Source: Lepidodermella squamata (lineage: Eukaryota; Animalia; Gastrotricha). From it: 64,000 bases of DNA. Of the stretch, positions 12,139 through 25,753 are shown piece by piece. The stretch spans positions 682,001-746,000 of the forward strand of contig JBLDXI010000019.1 of the NCBI GenBank assembly GCA_047495785.1. The letters run 5' to 3'. Under the pieces are notes generated by a model, which searched no databases, was not told where the DNA came from, and saw only the letters and a list, made by a program, of their open reading frames with translations. How positions within the stretch are numbered: position 1 is the first letter of the stretch; each line of letters starts with the position of its first letter. A program made the position numbers and the translations under genes.

Positions 12139-14909
12139 ATGTCTCGAATTCACATCATATTACTCATCTCGGCTCTTACTTTGCTAACAGTCGCAAATTC
12201 ATTGAAATTGCCGAATGATGCGCCGGTGCCAGAGATAGGATCTCTCTGTTATGCGGCCGAGAAACCAAAGACAAAGTTGTCAATTTTGGTTTCTCTTTCG
12301 TATGAATGCGTCTTTCAGATCGGTCGAATATCAAGCGAGTCCTCTATCGCTGCGTTGGAGCGACTCACGTATTTGCCGAATTTTCTACCAAACTACGACA
12401 TAGAGCTCGAGTTTTTTGACGACAAGGTGAGTTTAGCTAGAAAGGTTATTCTGGTTTGAAAAAAAAGATATTGCCCAGTGTGACGATCCAACTGCGATAT
12501 CAGAACTAGTAACAAGGCTGAGAGATAACAGCGAAGCCGCAAGCCGTTTCCCCATCGCAGTTCTGAATGAATGTACAGATGCTGGACAGGTTCGCACGGC
12601 AGAAGTTGTGAAACCTTATAACTTCATAGCTGTAAGAAATGCACCCTTGAAAAATTGTAGCTACTCTATTTCTAAACAACAGTTATCCACATCTCAACTG
12701 AGCCTCCGGCTTTATGAAAAGCACGATTACTTCGAAAACTTCTATTCAATCGGGGAGAGAGCTGATTTTTTCTTCATAGGGCTGGGGAAATTTCTTGCGA
12801 AAATGAACTGGCGTAAAGTGGCTATTGTGTCACACGTCCATCCTTACTTCATTTTGGTAAGGTGCCCATCTGAGTTATGAAGAAATTTCAGCCTTTCTCA
12901 TTTCAAAGCTTGATGGTTACCTCATACGAGAGCTTGAAGCTAACAACATATCAGTCATATCGTATATCAAGGCAGATTTTATAACGACTGATGAAAGTTT
13001 GGCATCATTGTTTGAAGAAATGAAATCGGTCGATCCACGCATAATTATCTCGCATTTTCCATGGACACACGTAATTGCCTGCTGGCTGCGTCGCTTTGGC
13101 ATGTATGGACCTAATCACGCGATATTCACTTTCACGTGGAATGCTATTGACGAAACTGCTGAACCCATTGAAGCAACACCGTGGTGCACGAAATCGATGA
13201 TCACCGATGTAAGACATCCTATGCGCAAAGAGGCAACTTTATTTGTTTCTTTAATAGGTTTTGAATAGCATTTGGTACTTCGGTGATTCGACTCTGGTTG
13301 ATGTGTATGGAGAGAATGCCACAGACTCCAGTGGATTTTCATTACATGGCTTGCGCAATCGTCTGCAGGAGACAATAATTAATCCCGAATTAGGCACGGC
13401 TTGGGATTACTGGCCTCCGATTTTTTACGACCGAATTTTGGCTGCCGGTTACTTCTTGAATGAAACAGAAAATTACTTGCAACAACGTAAGTTCTCATGA
13501 TAGATGCCAATTCCGGGAAATATATTTATACTACAGATTACAACGAGACCTTGTCAGATTGGTTCGTTTCCTCCAAAAAATTTAGGCAAAACGGATTGAA
13601 GATTGTCGAAATCATGAAGAAGGCTATTGTTCAGAATGTTCGTTTCACCGGCCTGAAAGGCGAATATCGTTTCGATGAGAAAACTTCGTTGTCTATCAGT
13701 AGCAACCCTGTTGTATTCTTGCAACAGAAATTTTCGAACAACTTCAGTCAAACCAAGGTAGTTGCTAACTATTTCTCTTTAAGAGGAGCCGATCCGATCA
13801 TTATACTACACGACCGCATCGAATGGCGGACAATCGATAAAAAAGAGATAAGAGATTCCTTGTCGATAATTTACTATCGTTTGCCAAACATCAATATCTA
13901 CGTAAACGTAGCGCTGAAAGGTGGTACCTGACTTGATGCAATTTTAATTTCTATTGACATAATTGTTATTTAGTTGTGGCTGTTCTAGTTCTCGCGATGG
14001 TTGGGATTATAGTTAGAATAGGTTTATCGAGGAACAATACTTACTATAAGACAGATGTTCTCGACCTCGTCGCGGTAATCGGAATTGTGGTGTTATTATC
14101 TCATGTATTTGCCGTACCCTTCGAGTCGAATTCAGAAATCGCTGTCAATTGTAACGTAATCACGGAACTGATAATCACTGGTTACAGTTTGCTATCAGCT
14201 GGAACTTTCTTCAAACTTGATCGAGTTCCACTTCAAACTTCACCTAATCAGAAAATTTCGGTTACGATTGTCCTTGTTGCGAAATGCCTGGTTTGGACGA
14301 TACTGCAAATTGTTCTTGCAACTGTGTTCCTCCTAATATCACCTCCAGGCACATTTATTAACGAAAGTGAACCGAAAATCCTGGACGAATATCGAACGTT
14401 TGCCATTGTCGATTATCGCTACGAATGCGCGCTTTTCGGATTACAAACTACAGATAATCCTTCCTTTGGTGTTTTATTTGCCCTTATCGCACTTCAGGTC
14501 TTGTTATTGATAATCTCGATTTACCGAGCTGTTCAAGTTAATTTGGTAAGTCTTGATATGAATACTTTATCATTTGATTTCGATTCATTTTAGAAGAAAA
14601 GCGTAATAGTAAGGGGAAGTGGGAAATGCACTTCGTTGTGCATTTACTGCTCAACAACGTTCCTGGTGGCTGGTCTATTCATTAGCTTGTTGAAAAGGAA
14701 TGACAGTCAGCACTTGCAAGTTACTGTTTCCAGCTGCTTACTTTGCATCGCGATCGCTCATCTTCTCATTGTTGGAATTTTCCAGGTAAGAAGACGTCGC
14801 TCGACCCTTTATTTTCCACCTTGACTTATTTGACGCTTTTAAGGTGTTGCCTTTAGAAAAACCTAAGCCTCAGCAAGCTATTGCGAAGTCGCGGAAACCG
14901 AATTCATAG
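12139..14909 (+). CDS. Class C GPCR copy 3 (9 exons), apparently intact
   Basis: Signal peptide MSRIHIILLISAL; FLPNYDIELEFFDDK|C; MNWRKVAIVS; EEMKSVDPRII; YWPPIFYDR; IEWRTID; 7TM with YRYECALF. All eight GT-AG introns splice in frame to TAG at 14907-14909. Confidence 0.85.
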
Positions 14910-15749
14910 CACTTGTGCCATAAACTCAGAAGATGAGATAACAAAACTATCTGAAGGCCTGAGACTTCAGGCATGTGTTTTACAAGAGATTGCAAATAAA
15001 AGGTCAAATCGTTCACGTAATAGAAACCGGTGATGGCCGCTTATCGTTTGATCTTTCGCATGTTATTGAGCTTTTCAACCCGACATCGGAAATCCGGCAA
15101 CAAGTTTATTTATAGTCGATGAATTCACGTTCATCAAAGAGGTGATTGAGTGCTCACTCGCTATCAAAACAATTCTGCGCTTTATGCGCCTTATAGTTGA
15201 GGATCAGCGCCTGGGAAGAAAAACTGAACTCATTACAAATAATTAGCGGCTCGTTTTTAATACAAAATTGTCCATAAATGATCGAAAGACAATTTGACAG
15301 CAAGTGAAATTCGAGGCAAGAACGGAATGAGTGCTTAACTCGGCCTTCAACTAATAAACTATTTTTCTTCGATAAAATGTCGATGACTAGAGAATGTCAT
15401 TTCAGACCCTGGAATGCTTTATATGTGAAAATTTGAAAAAATGCACGAAATGTCTTTTCGTTCGGTTAGGCTAGTGCATGTCTGAGTTTATACTCGCTAA
15501 ACTTATTTCTTCCTAGTTGCCCAGAGTACGCGCTATGAAATTCTTGTCGGATGTCAAATCGCGTAACGGCGACCATGACTTGCTTCTCTTTGAAAATGGA
15601 AAAAACGTGACTTCCCGTTCTGTGTACCACGATCATCTTACATGTCCATAAAATCACCCAAGGTCTTTTATGGTTTCAAATTCAAATTTAAGATTCAGCA
15701 CCTGAAAAAGACAGCTGCGACATTGTATGTCAGTTCAGTAGCATTAAGC

Positions 15750-18706
15750 ATGACACAGTTTTTACGATACATTCTTTCGATGACGATATGTCTTTGTGTG
15801 TTTGGCGATGATACCTGCGGTACACCAGCAAACAAAATACCTATGGACAGACCTATACCTAGATATGGTGGCTTGTGTTCCAAAGAGAGCATAGATAGGC
15901 CTAATATTACAATATTAACCTCCGTTTCCTACTCTGGATTATTCTGGATCGGCCCGATCACCACCGAATCATCTGTCGTTGCGCTTGAGCGAATGCGATC
16001 AGAGCTCGGAATACTTCCAGGTTATAACATTAGGCTCGAGTTTTTCGATGATGAGGTTAGCAGTTCTGCCAGGTTTTATGATTGTTCTCATGTCCCATTT
16101 TGCAGTGTGATGACGCGAAAGCAGTTTCCGAACTGACGAAGCGCCTCAGAGAAAACGACCGGGAAAACCGCTTTCCAATCGTAATTCTCAATGATTGCAT
16201 TGATGTTGGCCAACTTCTTACGGCATACATTGTTGCACCTTTTAACAATTTGGCTGTAAGCTAGTTTCATTAGTTGCCATCTTAGATCTTTGAATGAATT
16301 TCACCCCGAAAAAATACAGATTGTGGGTACTCAGTTGAGTATAAAGCAACATGAAGAACGAGAGAAAATTCCGAATTTCTACGCTCTGGGCGAGCGTGCG
16401 GACTTTTACCATATTGCCGTAGCCAAGTTTCTGGTTATGATGAACTGGCGGCGAGTCGCTGTTGTCTCGCATACAGAGACATTCTACAACATGGTATGTT
16501 CTATTTTAATCTTGCTCAATGGAATTAGGAGCTATCAGCTATCGATTAATTGCACCCTAGATGGATTTGTTTTTGGTGAATCATTTTGAAAGCCACAACA
16601 TAACCATCGTCTACCATCTGAAGACTGATCTTAAGCTCAACGATGAAAGCTCGGCGGCGCTATTCGAAGAAATGAAGGAAACAGACCCGCGCATCATTAT
16701 CGCTCATGCATACTCAACAGAAGTGGTTGCATGTTGGATGCATCGGTTCGGGTTCTACGGCCCACACCGCCAGATACTGACCTTCTTATGGCAAACCATA
16801 GATGAAACTGCGCTACCAAGCATCACTACACCATGGTGTACGCAGCCAATGATAAGAGAAGTGAACTAGAGTTACTATGCTAACGATATAAGTTTCTCAA
16901 ATTGATGTTTCATAGGTTTTGAGCGGTTTTTGGTACTTCGGCGATTCAACTTTAGCCGATGTCTACGGTGAAAACTCCTCTGACTCGACTGGACTCACTC
17001 TGAATGGGCTAAGAAAACGGCTACGAGAGAAGATCGAAAGGCCTGATGAAATAGAGCCCATTTGGGCTTTTTGGCCTCAAATATTCTACGATCGCGTGTT
17101 AGCTGTCGGACTTGTATTGAACGAAACAGAACATGCATTGAGAAACCGTAAAATTTCGATTAATTTAAGGGCCATTTGTTGAAAGGAATATACATTTTCA
17201 GGTAATCAATCTTTGGCTGATTGGACAACTTCGTCGCCTAATTTCATTCAGAATGGATCTCAAATTGTTGACATCATGAAGACTGTCATGGTCGATAAAT
17301 TCGATTATATTGGTTTAAAAGGGAAGTACAGTTTCGAGAGGACGAATCATATGCCCACGGGTAGCATTCCGGTGATCATAGTGCAACAGATCTATTCAGG
17401 TGAAGAAAAGGCTACTAGTGAGCTGCGAGTGGTGGCTAATTACTTCTCTGCCAGAAAGAATAAGCCTGTGGTCATTTGGAATGACAGGCTTCATTGGAGA
17501 ACTGTCGACGGTTTACCATGCAAAGACTCTATCGTTTTCACCAACAATGTCCTCCCTTTTTTAGTATTTGAAGCTAATGTTGCACTGAAAGGTGAGATCA
17601 CATTAATGTCATTGATATAATTTAACGATTATTTTTCCAGCTTTCGCTGTTGTCATAATACTGGCCTCGGTTTCGACAGTGGGCGCCATATTAATCCATC
17701 CCGAGGCTGCATCGAAGAACAAACTCGACGAACTCGACATAATCAGTGTGAGCGGGGCTGTTGTTCTCACGTGCCACGTTTTTGTGATCCCTCTTGATTC
17801 CGCTGAGAGCAGCAGATCTGACTGTGGGTCAATCGCTGAAATTCTGTACATTGGATATTGCATGATGACCATGGGATTGCACCAGAAGATGGTTAGAAGC
17901 CTGAAGCGAAAAGTGGGTTGCTTGAGACAATCTATATCGACTGCCACTGCGATGAACGAGGAGAAGTACGAAAATGTCTGTGAAGTAACGAAATGTGCAC
18001 TCTGGGTGCTGGTAAATTCTGCTTTTATAAAAGCATACACAGCCATTGCACCAAATGGAACTGTTCGAAAGGAGGTAAACTTCAAAATGCTCGATCCTTA
18101 TCAAGCCTACGCAGTACGAGACTGCCGATTCGAATGCGCTCTATTCACGTCAAAAGGCGCGGTTGAACTGACAATTTTAGCTGTTATAGTTGTGATGCAA
18201 GCCACTTTTCTCACTTTCGCTTGCTCGAGAGCAGCGGTTGGACACATGGTGAGTTTATTTAACCTTGCAAATGTAATTTCATATAATTAATTCCCTAATA
18301 CCCCCAGAAATTCTCAGCGCGTCAGATTATAGACGATTTTAGATTCTCTTCCCTCGGCATTTACAGCTTTGGATTGTTTCTGCTGGCTTGTGGTTTCATC
18401 ATAGTATTAGATAACTCGAACGGTCAGCATGTGTTGCTGGCCGCATCAAGCCTCTCGCTTTGCTTGGCAACGCTGACATGCTTTCTCTCGATAATGCCGA
18501 AAGTAAGTTTCCGGCTTGTCATGCGAAAACTACTTTTGAAGAAATTTTCACAGTTCAAGAAAACACCTACTCGAAATCGCGTGAGTTTTGCCTTGTCGAT
18601 GAACCAACGCAGAGAATCAGATGGCGGATGCAGCAATACCTTGCTGACAGTGAGGAACCGGTGCGAGTCACAAACTATTTTAGTGAAGCCTTATCACGCG
18701 GCTTAG
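15750..18706 (+). CDS. Class C GPCR copy 4 (9 exons), apparently intact
   Basis: Signal peptide MTQFLRYILSMTICLCVFG; ILPGYNIRLEFFDDE|C; MNWRRVAVVS; LHWRTVDGLP; 7TM ending IMPK. Same intron positions as copies 2, 3 and 5. Confidence 0.87.
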
Positions 18707-18865
18707 TGACTCCCTGCTATTACCTTCAAAAAATGTGTAACTTGCAGCAGTATTTGTACGAACTTTATTAGAGAAGTAGTGTTTCAATGCTTTTAACATC
18801 AGCGCGTATCAAGTATATTCATTCATCTATTCATCTATTCATACATACTTGAAGCCTACTAAGAA

Positions 18866-20526
18866 CTAATAACCAAGAATCTTTTGCACGTAATAAGCAT
18901 CAACTATCGCACTGACGATGATAACAAGACTTGCAAACCAGACGTCCGTAACTCTCACCGCTGCCAAAGATTCTTCTCTCTCCAACAGACGAATCGACAC
19001 AGCGTATGTGATGAACTCATAAAAGCTTAGAACAAGCCCCATAACAAATTTAAATGCGACAACAATTACGATGTAAACAGTTTCAGATGTCTGTGGAATG
19101 TTCTGGAATACCAGAGAAAGCAATACGGAATACGATATTACCAAAGTTACGCCGATATTAGCCCGATCCGGTAAATCTGGCGGCGTTACTAGTGTAGCAA
19201 TTTGGATTATGTACAGCGAAATTATGGGTAAAAATAAATTCGTGGCGTAGTAAAAAGCCCGGCGTTTGAATTTGACCGGGAAAACCATGCGTAACACATT
19301 TGCGTAGCCCGATAAATTGGACTGCTTAACATAAGCCCTACCACAGCCGGCGAATTCCCAAATATCCGTATCGCCGATGAATGTATACCGCGAAGCCTTG
19401 TCGACTTCAAATTTCGTAATTTTTAATGTAATGTAGCCGTAATCTTCCTCGCTATCGAAGAAAATGTTGCAATCAAGTGCGTCGAAAGGAAATCTAGCGA
19501 ACGTAAATTCAGCGCATACTGTGTCCAAGCGGGTCGTTTCCCACGTCTGCAGAATGCCGTTGTTGAAGAGAGGCCAGATGGAGATTTGGCTTTGCAGATT
19601 ATCCCTAAATAAAAAAGATGAAAAGCGAGAGCTTTCACTTATGCATAGAAATCGGAAATGTCGAAAGGAAATTCTAACAAAATATTGCGTTCTAGATCGT
19701 AATTTTTGTATGATTCTTGTTTCTTGTTGTTGAGATACTTCCCAAAAGTTAAGTTTGAAATAAAGTCACAGACTCATGATTTTTTTAAAAAGTGTGTGTT
19801 GATGAGTTTCGAATCCGAGAATACGGCGGTACTGTACCACCCAGCTCGAGTGGTCCAGGCAAAAAACCTGGAAAAGCTGCAGGGGCCCTTAGGTCAGGAA
19901 ATTCGGGACGGAATATACCCTTCAGTACCTGAAGCTCGAGGATCCTAATTCGTACACTGATTGTCGCAAATTTAAAGTCACATTTTAATTGTTAACAGTT
20001 ATCTGTTCTTTGAAGTATACCTGAACAGGGGCGGAGACTCTCTCAGTGGATTCGCGTGAATAATTGGTGGAATCCAATGTCTCTTGACAGGTTTCACGAC
20101 TTTCAGCCATTCTAGAACATTGTTACTAGCCAAAGATCGGCAGAGCGTTTCATTGTTGATAAGGTCAATGCACGTTGCTGCTGGACAAGTAGTTCGCCAC
20201 GTGGCAACCACAGCGATAAATAGAGACAAGCTTGAATTGTTCGAAAAGCGGGTATTGTCATACAACGAATTACCTGTTGAGGCCTACCTCTGTTCTAGAT
20301 CATTTATTCCCATGAATCGATAGAGAAGTAATTCGATTTCAACTTCGATCGGTTGATTACGCTTGATGAGCCAGTAGTTCGGCAGCGTATCGGATGAAGC
20401 TTCCGGACAGAACTTGTCATAAGCTTCTTTAATTGAAATATTAACCATTGACATGTCTGGCTCTTGCGAAGCTCCTGAAAGGCAACATAATGCCAGAAAG
20501 ATCAGCAAGACAATAACTTTTGACAT
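18866..20526 (-). CDS. Pentameric ligand-gated ion channel (Cys-loop) subunit, divergent non-alpha type; exons 20526-20288, 20230-20021, 19604-18866
   Basis: Signal peptide, P.EVEIELLL..F.GINDLEQ, WIP.IIHAN (loop A), CAEFTFARFPFDALDC, WEF, FKRRAFYY..NLFLP (pre-M1/M1), IPQTS and four TM helices. Both introns (57 and 416 nt) splice in frame. Confidence 0.88.
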
Positions 20527-21963
20527 TCGAGCAGCTTCCTGCCAATCGGCTGAACATGCAGCATTCGAATAAAGCTCAAACATAGGTTTTTCAGCTTTCA
20601 TAGAATCAATTTAGTTGAACATTGCGCATCAGCCACTTTAACATTAACAAATACCAACACCTAGCTGATCTTTGTTTATTTTAGTCGGCATCGAATTTCC
20701 GGGAGGATGATATGCTTTTTTGTTTGTTTTCTTTTCATATTGTAGTGCATTGTGTGCTCTTACTCATAAGGTGACTAAGGTGTGTGTCTCCTACTGCACG
20801 GACACGTCATTCCTGCTCTACAACTCAGACTACCGGCGAGAGTGGAGTGACGTGAAAAAGCTGGAAGCTGGATTCATTTCACAAACGATGTCTCCAACGA
20901 ATCCAAGGCATTTTCTGGCCAACAGTTGATGCTCAGAAATTTTGATTAGAATGAGATAACATGAATCGCAAAGTTCAGTCCATAAAAATCAGACGCCGTG
21001 CTAAAGTTAGATCACTCGTTTTGATCCTAATCTCGAAAACGCTCTCTCTAATTACGTTTTTTCTCGATAAGAATCAAAACTCGGTCCTCTAACATATATT
21101 AGAACACAATTGTTCCGAACTTTGTTTTACTTGTGTCGTCCAAGAACCATTCAGTCCACGAGCTTGTCACAGAATCACAGATTATCACAGATTTCCCGGC
21201 ACAAATACCTGAAATGAACATCACACATCAACACATTTTCACACAGAATGCAATGGGCTATAATCTTAATATTATAGAATTGTGAGAATTGTGAGGTATT
21301 GTGGCGAAGCCACCTGTTAAATGTTGAATTTGAAATTGGCGGTCGACCTTGACCGAACCTCATGGATACGTGTAGCGTTAATGAAGTGACAAATGGCGAA
21401 CTATGATTGGCTGGATATCGGTATATAAGATGACTTGTTAATAATATCGAAGATTTGAGAAATAAACTAGAGATTGTGATTAACGTGTTTTATTGTTGCC
21501 AGTAGAGCTACTAGCCTTGGTCTTCTCGCCACAGGTATAGTATTTATTGTCTCGTCGACTCGTTTTATCGCAAAACCTCGCCAAATAAACCGCGAAGAAA
21601 TTGATCAGAATATGCCTAATCATATGTTTTGCCATCACGACAGCTTAGTCATTTTAATTGCGACGAAATCATCAACACAATACGGATGTTCTTGCACTCA
21701 TGGCGCCAACACTGCTAACACAGTTGAGCATGGCTGTTGCCGGAAAAATGGCATTGAGGAGCTCGGCAAGAAGATAATCGGTGTTACAATTCGGACCAAG
21801 TACACGACTTACGACCAACTAACGCCTCTGGCATCGCGAGCCCCCGCAGCAATTTTAAAAATCCTTTATTACCGCTATCAAGGAAAGCTTTTATGGTTTC
21901 TAATTTCAAAATTTAGCATGAGAGGCAAATGCGAGGAAATGAGCCAGTTCTGTTGAATTACGC

Positions 21964-24900
21964 ATGCAAATGCTTTTTAGATACATTCTCTTGACGGCGA
22001 TATGCGCCCGTGTGTTTGGGGAAACCTGTGGTGCCGAAGCAAAGAGAATACCAATGGACACAACTATGCCGAGATATGGCGGTTTATGCTCAAATCAGAG
22101 CAACGATCGACCTAATATCACGATATTAACCTCCGTAACTTACTCCGGCTTTTTTCCGATTGGCCCACTTAGTACTGAATCATCGATTGTCGCACTGGAA
22201 CAAATGCGAACTGCGCTCGGAATACTCCCGAATTACAACGTGATGCTCGAGTTTTTCGATGACGAGGTTAGTACATACAACCCACACAGTTCCTAGTGGT
22301 CCTTTGTCCTTTAATGTCTTATCTCGCAGTGTGATGACGCTAAAGCGATTCCCGAGCTGGTTAAGCGGCTGAGAGAGAGTGACAGGGAAAACCGATTTCC
22401 TATTGTTATTCTCAACGACTGCATCGATTTTGGCCAACTTCTAACTGCATATATTGTTGCGCCATTCAACAATTTGGCTGTGAGTTACATTCGGGAGTTC
22501 TTTGAGGAATCTCATGTTCATGAATAAATTATGGTTAACTCTACAGATTGCTGGCACCCAGTTAAATATCAAACAATTTGAAGAACGAGAGAAAATTCCG
22601 AATTTCTACGCACTGGGCGACCGTGCAGACTACTGGCACATCGCCTTATCTAAGTTCCTGGCCTTGATGGGTTGGCGACGGGTCGCTGTTGTCTCACATA
22701 TAGAACCATTTTACAACGTGGTATGTTTACTCATGTTGATTTTTAGCTCCTCTAAACCTCTAGCTATCATTTTGCCAAGATGGATTTATTTTTAATTAAA
22801 CATCTTGAGAACAACAACATCACCGTCATATACCAACTGAAGGCCGATCTTTTGGCCAACGATGACGATAGCCTGTCAGCGCTTTTCGAAGAGATGAAGG
22901 ATACAGACCCGCGCGTCATTATCTCGCATACGTACTCCACAGAACTAATGGCCTGTTGGTTCCATCGGTTCGGGTTTTATGGCCCTCATCGCCAGATAGT
23001 GACATTTCTATGGCACACCATTGATGAGACTTCGCTGCCAAGCGTCACCACACCATGGTGCTCTCAGACAATGATCAGAGAAGTACCACAGGAATTGCTG
23101 TTCAGAATTAGTTTTCAAGATTATTTATAATGTAGGTATTGAGTAGTTTATGGTACTTCGGTGATTCAACCTTAGCTGATGTTTACGGTGAAAACTCGTC
23201 GGACTCAACCGGGCTCACTTTGAATGGGTTGCGCAAGCGACTTGGCGAGAAGATCGAAAGGCCCGATGAAATAGAATCAAATTGGGCATATTGGCCTCAG
23301 ATATTCTACGATCGCATTGTGGCTGTCGGGCTCGTATTAAACGAAACGGAGAACTTATTGAAAAGCCGTAAAATTTCACTGATTATAATAGCCATTACGC
23401 GAGTCCCATAAGTAACGCAAACAATCAAAATACACAGGAAAGAAATCCGCAACTTCAAAATGAGAGGCGAAGTTAAATCTGATGGCCAAAAAATCCTCAA
23501 AATTTAAAATGCAATAAGAATAGCGATGAAGTATTTCCCTAGGCTACGGGATAAAAAAGTCCAGGGTAGTGGAACTGTGTGAAATAAGTACCAAAATTAT
23601 CATTGTGATTTTCCGGGTTTTCTCCGGTAAACATTTCTAATTTTGTAATGGAATCGTGTATAAATTACAGAAGATTCTCTCAATTGTTTTATTTCTACGA
23701 TTTACAAAATGTGCTACGAAATATTGCGAAATTAAAACATTGTCGCGCAAATTATGGGACACGCTGTATTTCAATATTCGCACTCCTGTAATGTCAGGTA
23801 ATCAATCTTTGGCTGATTGGACAACTTCGTCGCCTAATTTCATTCAGACTGGATCTCAAATTGTTGACATCATGAAGACTGTCATGGTCGATAAATTCGA
23901 TTATATTGGTTTAAAAGGGAAGTACAGTTTCGAGAGGACGAATGATATGCCCACGGGTAGCATTCCGGTGATCATAGTGCAACAAATCTATTCAGGCGAA
24001 GAAAAGGCTACTAGTGAGCTGCGAGTGGTGGCTAATTACTTCTCCGCCAGAAAGAATGAGCCTGTGGTCATTTTGAATGAGCGGCTTCATTGGACAACTG
24101 TCGACGGTTTGCCGTCCAAAGACTGCATTGTTATCACCAACAATGTGCTCCCTTTTTTAGTATTTGAAGCTAATGTTGCACTGAAAGGTAAGATCGCCTC
24201 GTTTATATTCAATATACTATATGAGCTTATATCTAGCTTTTGCTGTTTCCATAATATTGGCCTCGCTTTCGGCAGTGGGCGCCATATTATTAATCCATCC
24301 CGAGGCTACATCGAAGAACAAACTCGACGAACTAGACATAATCAGTGTGAGCGGGGCTGTGGTTCTCTCGTGCCACGTTTTTGTGATCCCTATGGACTCT
24401 GCTGAGAACAGCAGGTCTGACTGTGGGTCAATTGCTGAGATTTTGTACATTGGATATTGCATCATGACCATGGGATTGCATCAGAAGACGGTCCGAAGCT
24501 TGAATTCGATGTGGAAGCGGAGAGTGGCTAGTATGTTGGGGCCTTCTTTATTGCCCGTTGCTGCGTCGAGTGGGAACAAGTACGATCATATCATTGAAGT
24601 TGCGAAATGTGCGCTTTGGGTGCTTGTAAATGCTGTTCTTGTAAAAGCATACACATCCATTGCACCGAGCGGAACAGTTCGAATGGAGGTCAACTTCAAA
24701 ATGCTAGATCACTATCAAGCGTACGCAGTTCGAGACTACCGATTCGAATGTGCACTATTTACTGCGAATGGAGCGATTGAACTGACAATTATGGCTGGAA
24801 TAGGGTTTTTGCAAATGGTCTTTCTCATTTTTGCATGCTCGAGAGCAGCAATTGGGAACATGGTAATTTTTTGCAAATTTGATGAATGCATCAGAATTTT

Positions 24901-25234
24901 CCAATTTACGTTTCTACCTAGAAATACTCCACTCGACAGATAACAGACAATTTTAGATTCTCCTCACTTGGCATTTACAGTTTAGCACTTTTACTGCTTG
25001 CTTCTGGTTTCATCATAGTTTTGGATAGCTCGAACGGTCAGCGTGTCTTGCTGACCGCATCATGCCTCTCGCTTTGCGCAGCCATGCTGACATGTGTTCT
25101 TGTGATAATGCCGAAAGTAAGTTCCAAACATGATTTCCTATTGTAATGAAAATCTCCCAAATCAGTTCAAGAAAAGACTTGCACGGAATCACCCGAATTT
25201 CGTCTCATCGACTTCCTACCATTTTCGCTCATAA
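21964..25234 (+). CDS. Class C GPCR copy 5 (9 exons), apparently intact; intron 5 enlarged by a MITE
   Basis: Close paralog of copy 4 across all exons. The last exon FKKRLARNHPNFVSSTSYHFRS ends in TAA at 25232-25234. Confidence 0.85.
23398..23766. mobile_element. Degenerate Tc1/mariner-type MITE in intron 5 of GPCR copy 5
   Basis: Imperfect inverted termini ta|cgcgagtcccataa ... ttatgggacacgctg|ta with TA on both flanks. The intron is about 430 nt here versus about 50 nt in the paralogs. Confidence 0.7.
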
Positions 25235-25753
25235 TCACTAGTCAGATACATGAACTCCCTGCCAATTCGTAGTGGATAGCCGGGCAGAATCGTGCCGCTC
25301 AAATGCACAATGGACTAATATGCGTGAATGATAACACACCGATTGCACACAATTAATGATGTGATTTACCTTGTCAATGTCAACTATAAAAAATGTTCAT
25401 TATGTGTGCATGGTGCGAGCTGCATTCACCTTAATTTTTGTGAAATCGTTGTATGAGAGTGTATGTATGTAACGGGAATAAGTAACTTGAAACCTATGCA
25501 AATTTCCTCTTCAAGCTGTTTTTCCGCATATTTCGTGGCAATTTTTCATGTTACGCCTCCGATAATTGATCAGCCACGAAAGTTCCGTAATTGCTGAGAT
25601 ATTTAAAAAATTTCGTTTACAAACACGCGCAATTCGCACTACGCGCTCGAACGCATAATCTATCTCAACATAACTTATTTGTGGCAGTTCGCGTAAAAAT
25701 TCATTTATGAATTGATCCATCTTCATTTATTATCACTTGAAAAAAACTAAATT

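Noticed and set aside
19605-20020. Long intron in the Cys-loop gene as a mobile element
   Set aside because: It is about eight times the usual intron size and may hold an insertion, but I found no convincing inverted termini or TSD.
20720-21956. Short intergenic ORFs (69, 62 and 114 aa), and the many antisense ORFs over ankyrin and GPCR exons elsewhere
   Set aside because: No recognisable motifs or splice-consistent partners; expected by chance or as antisense shadows of real coding sequence.
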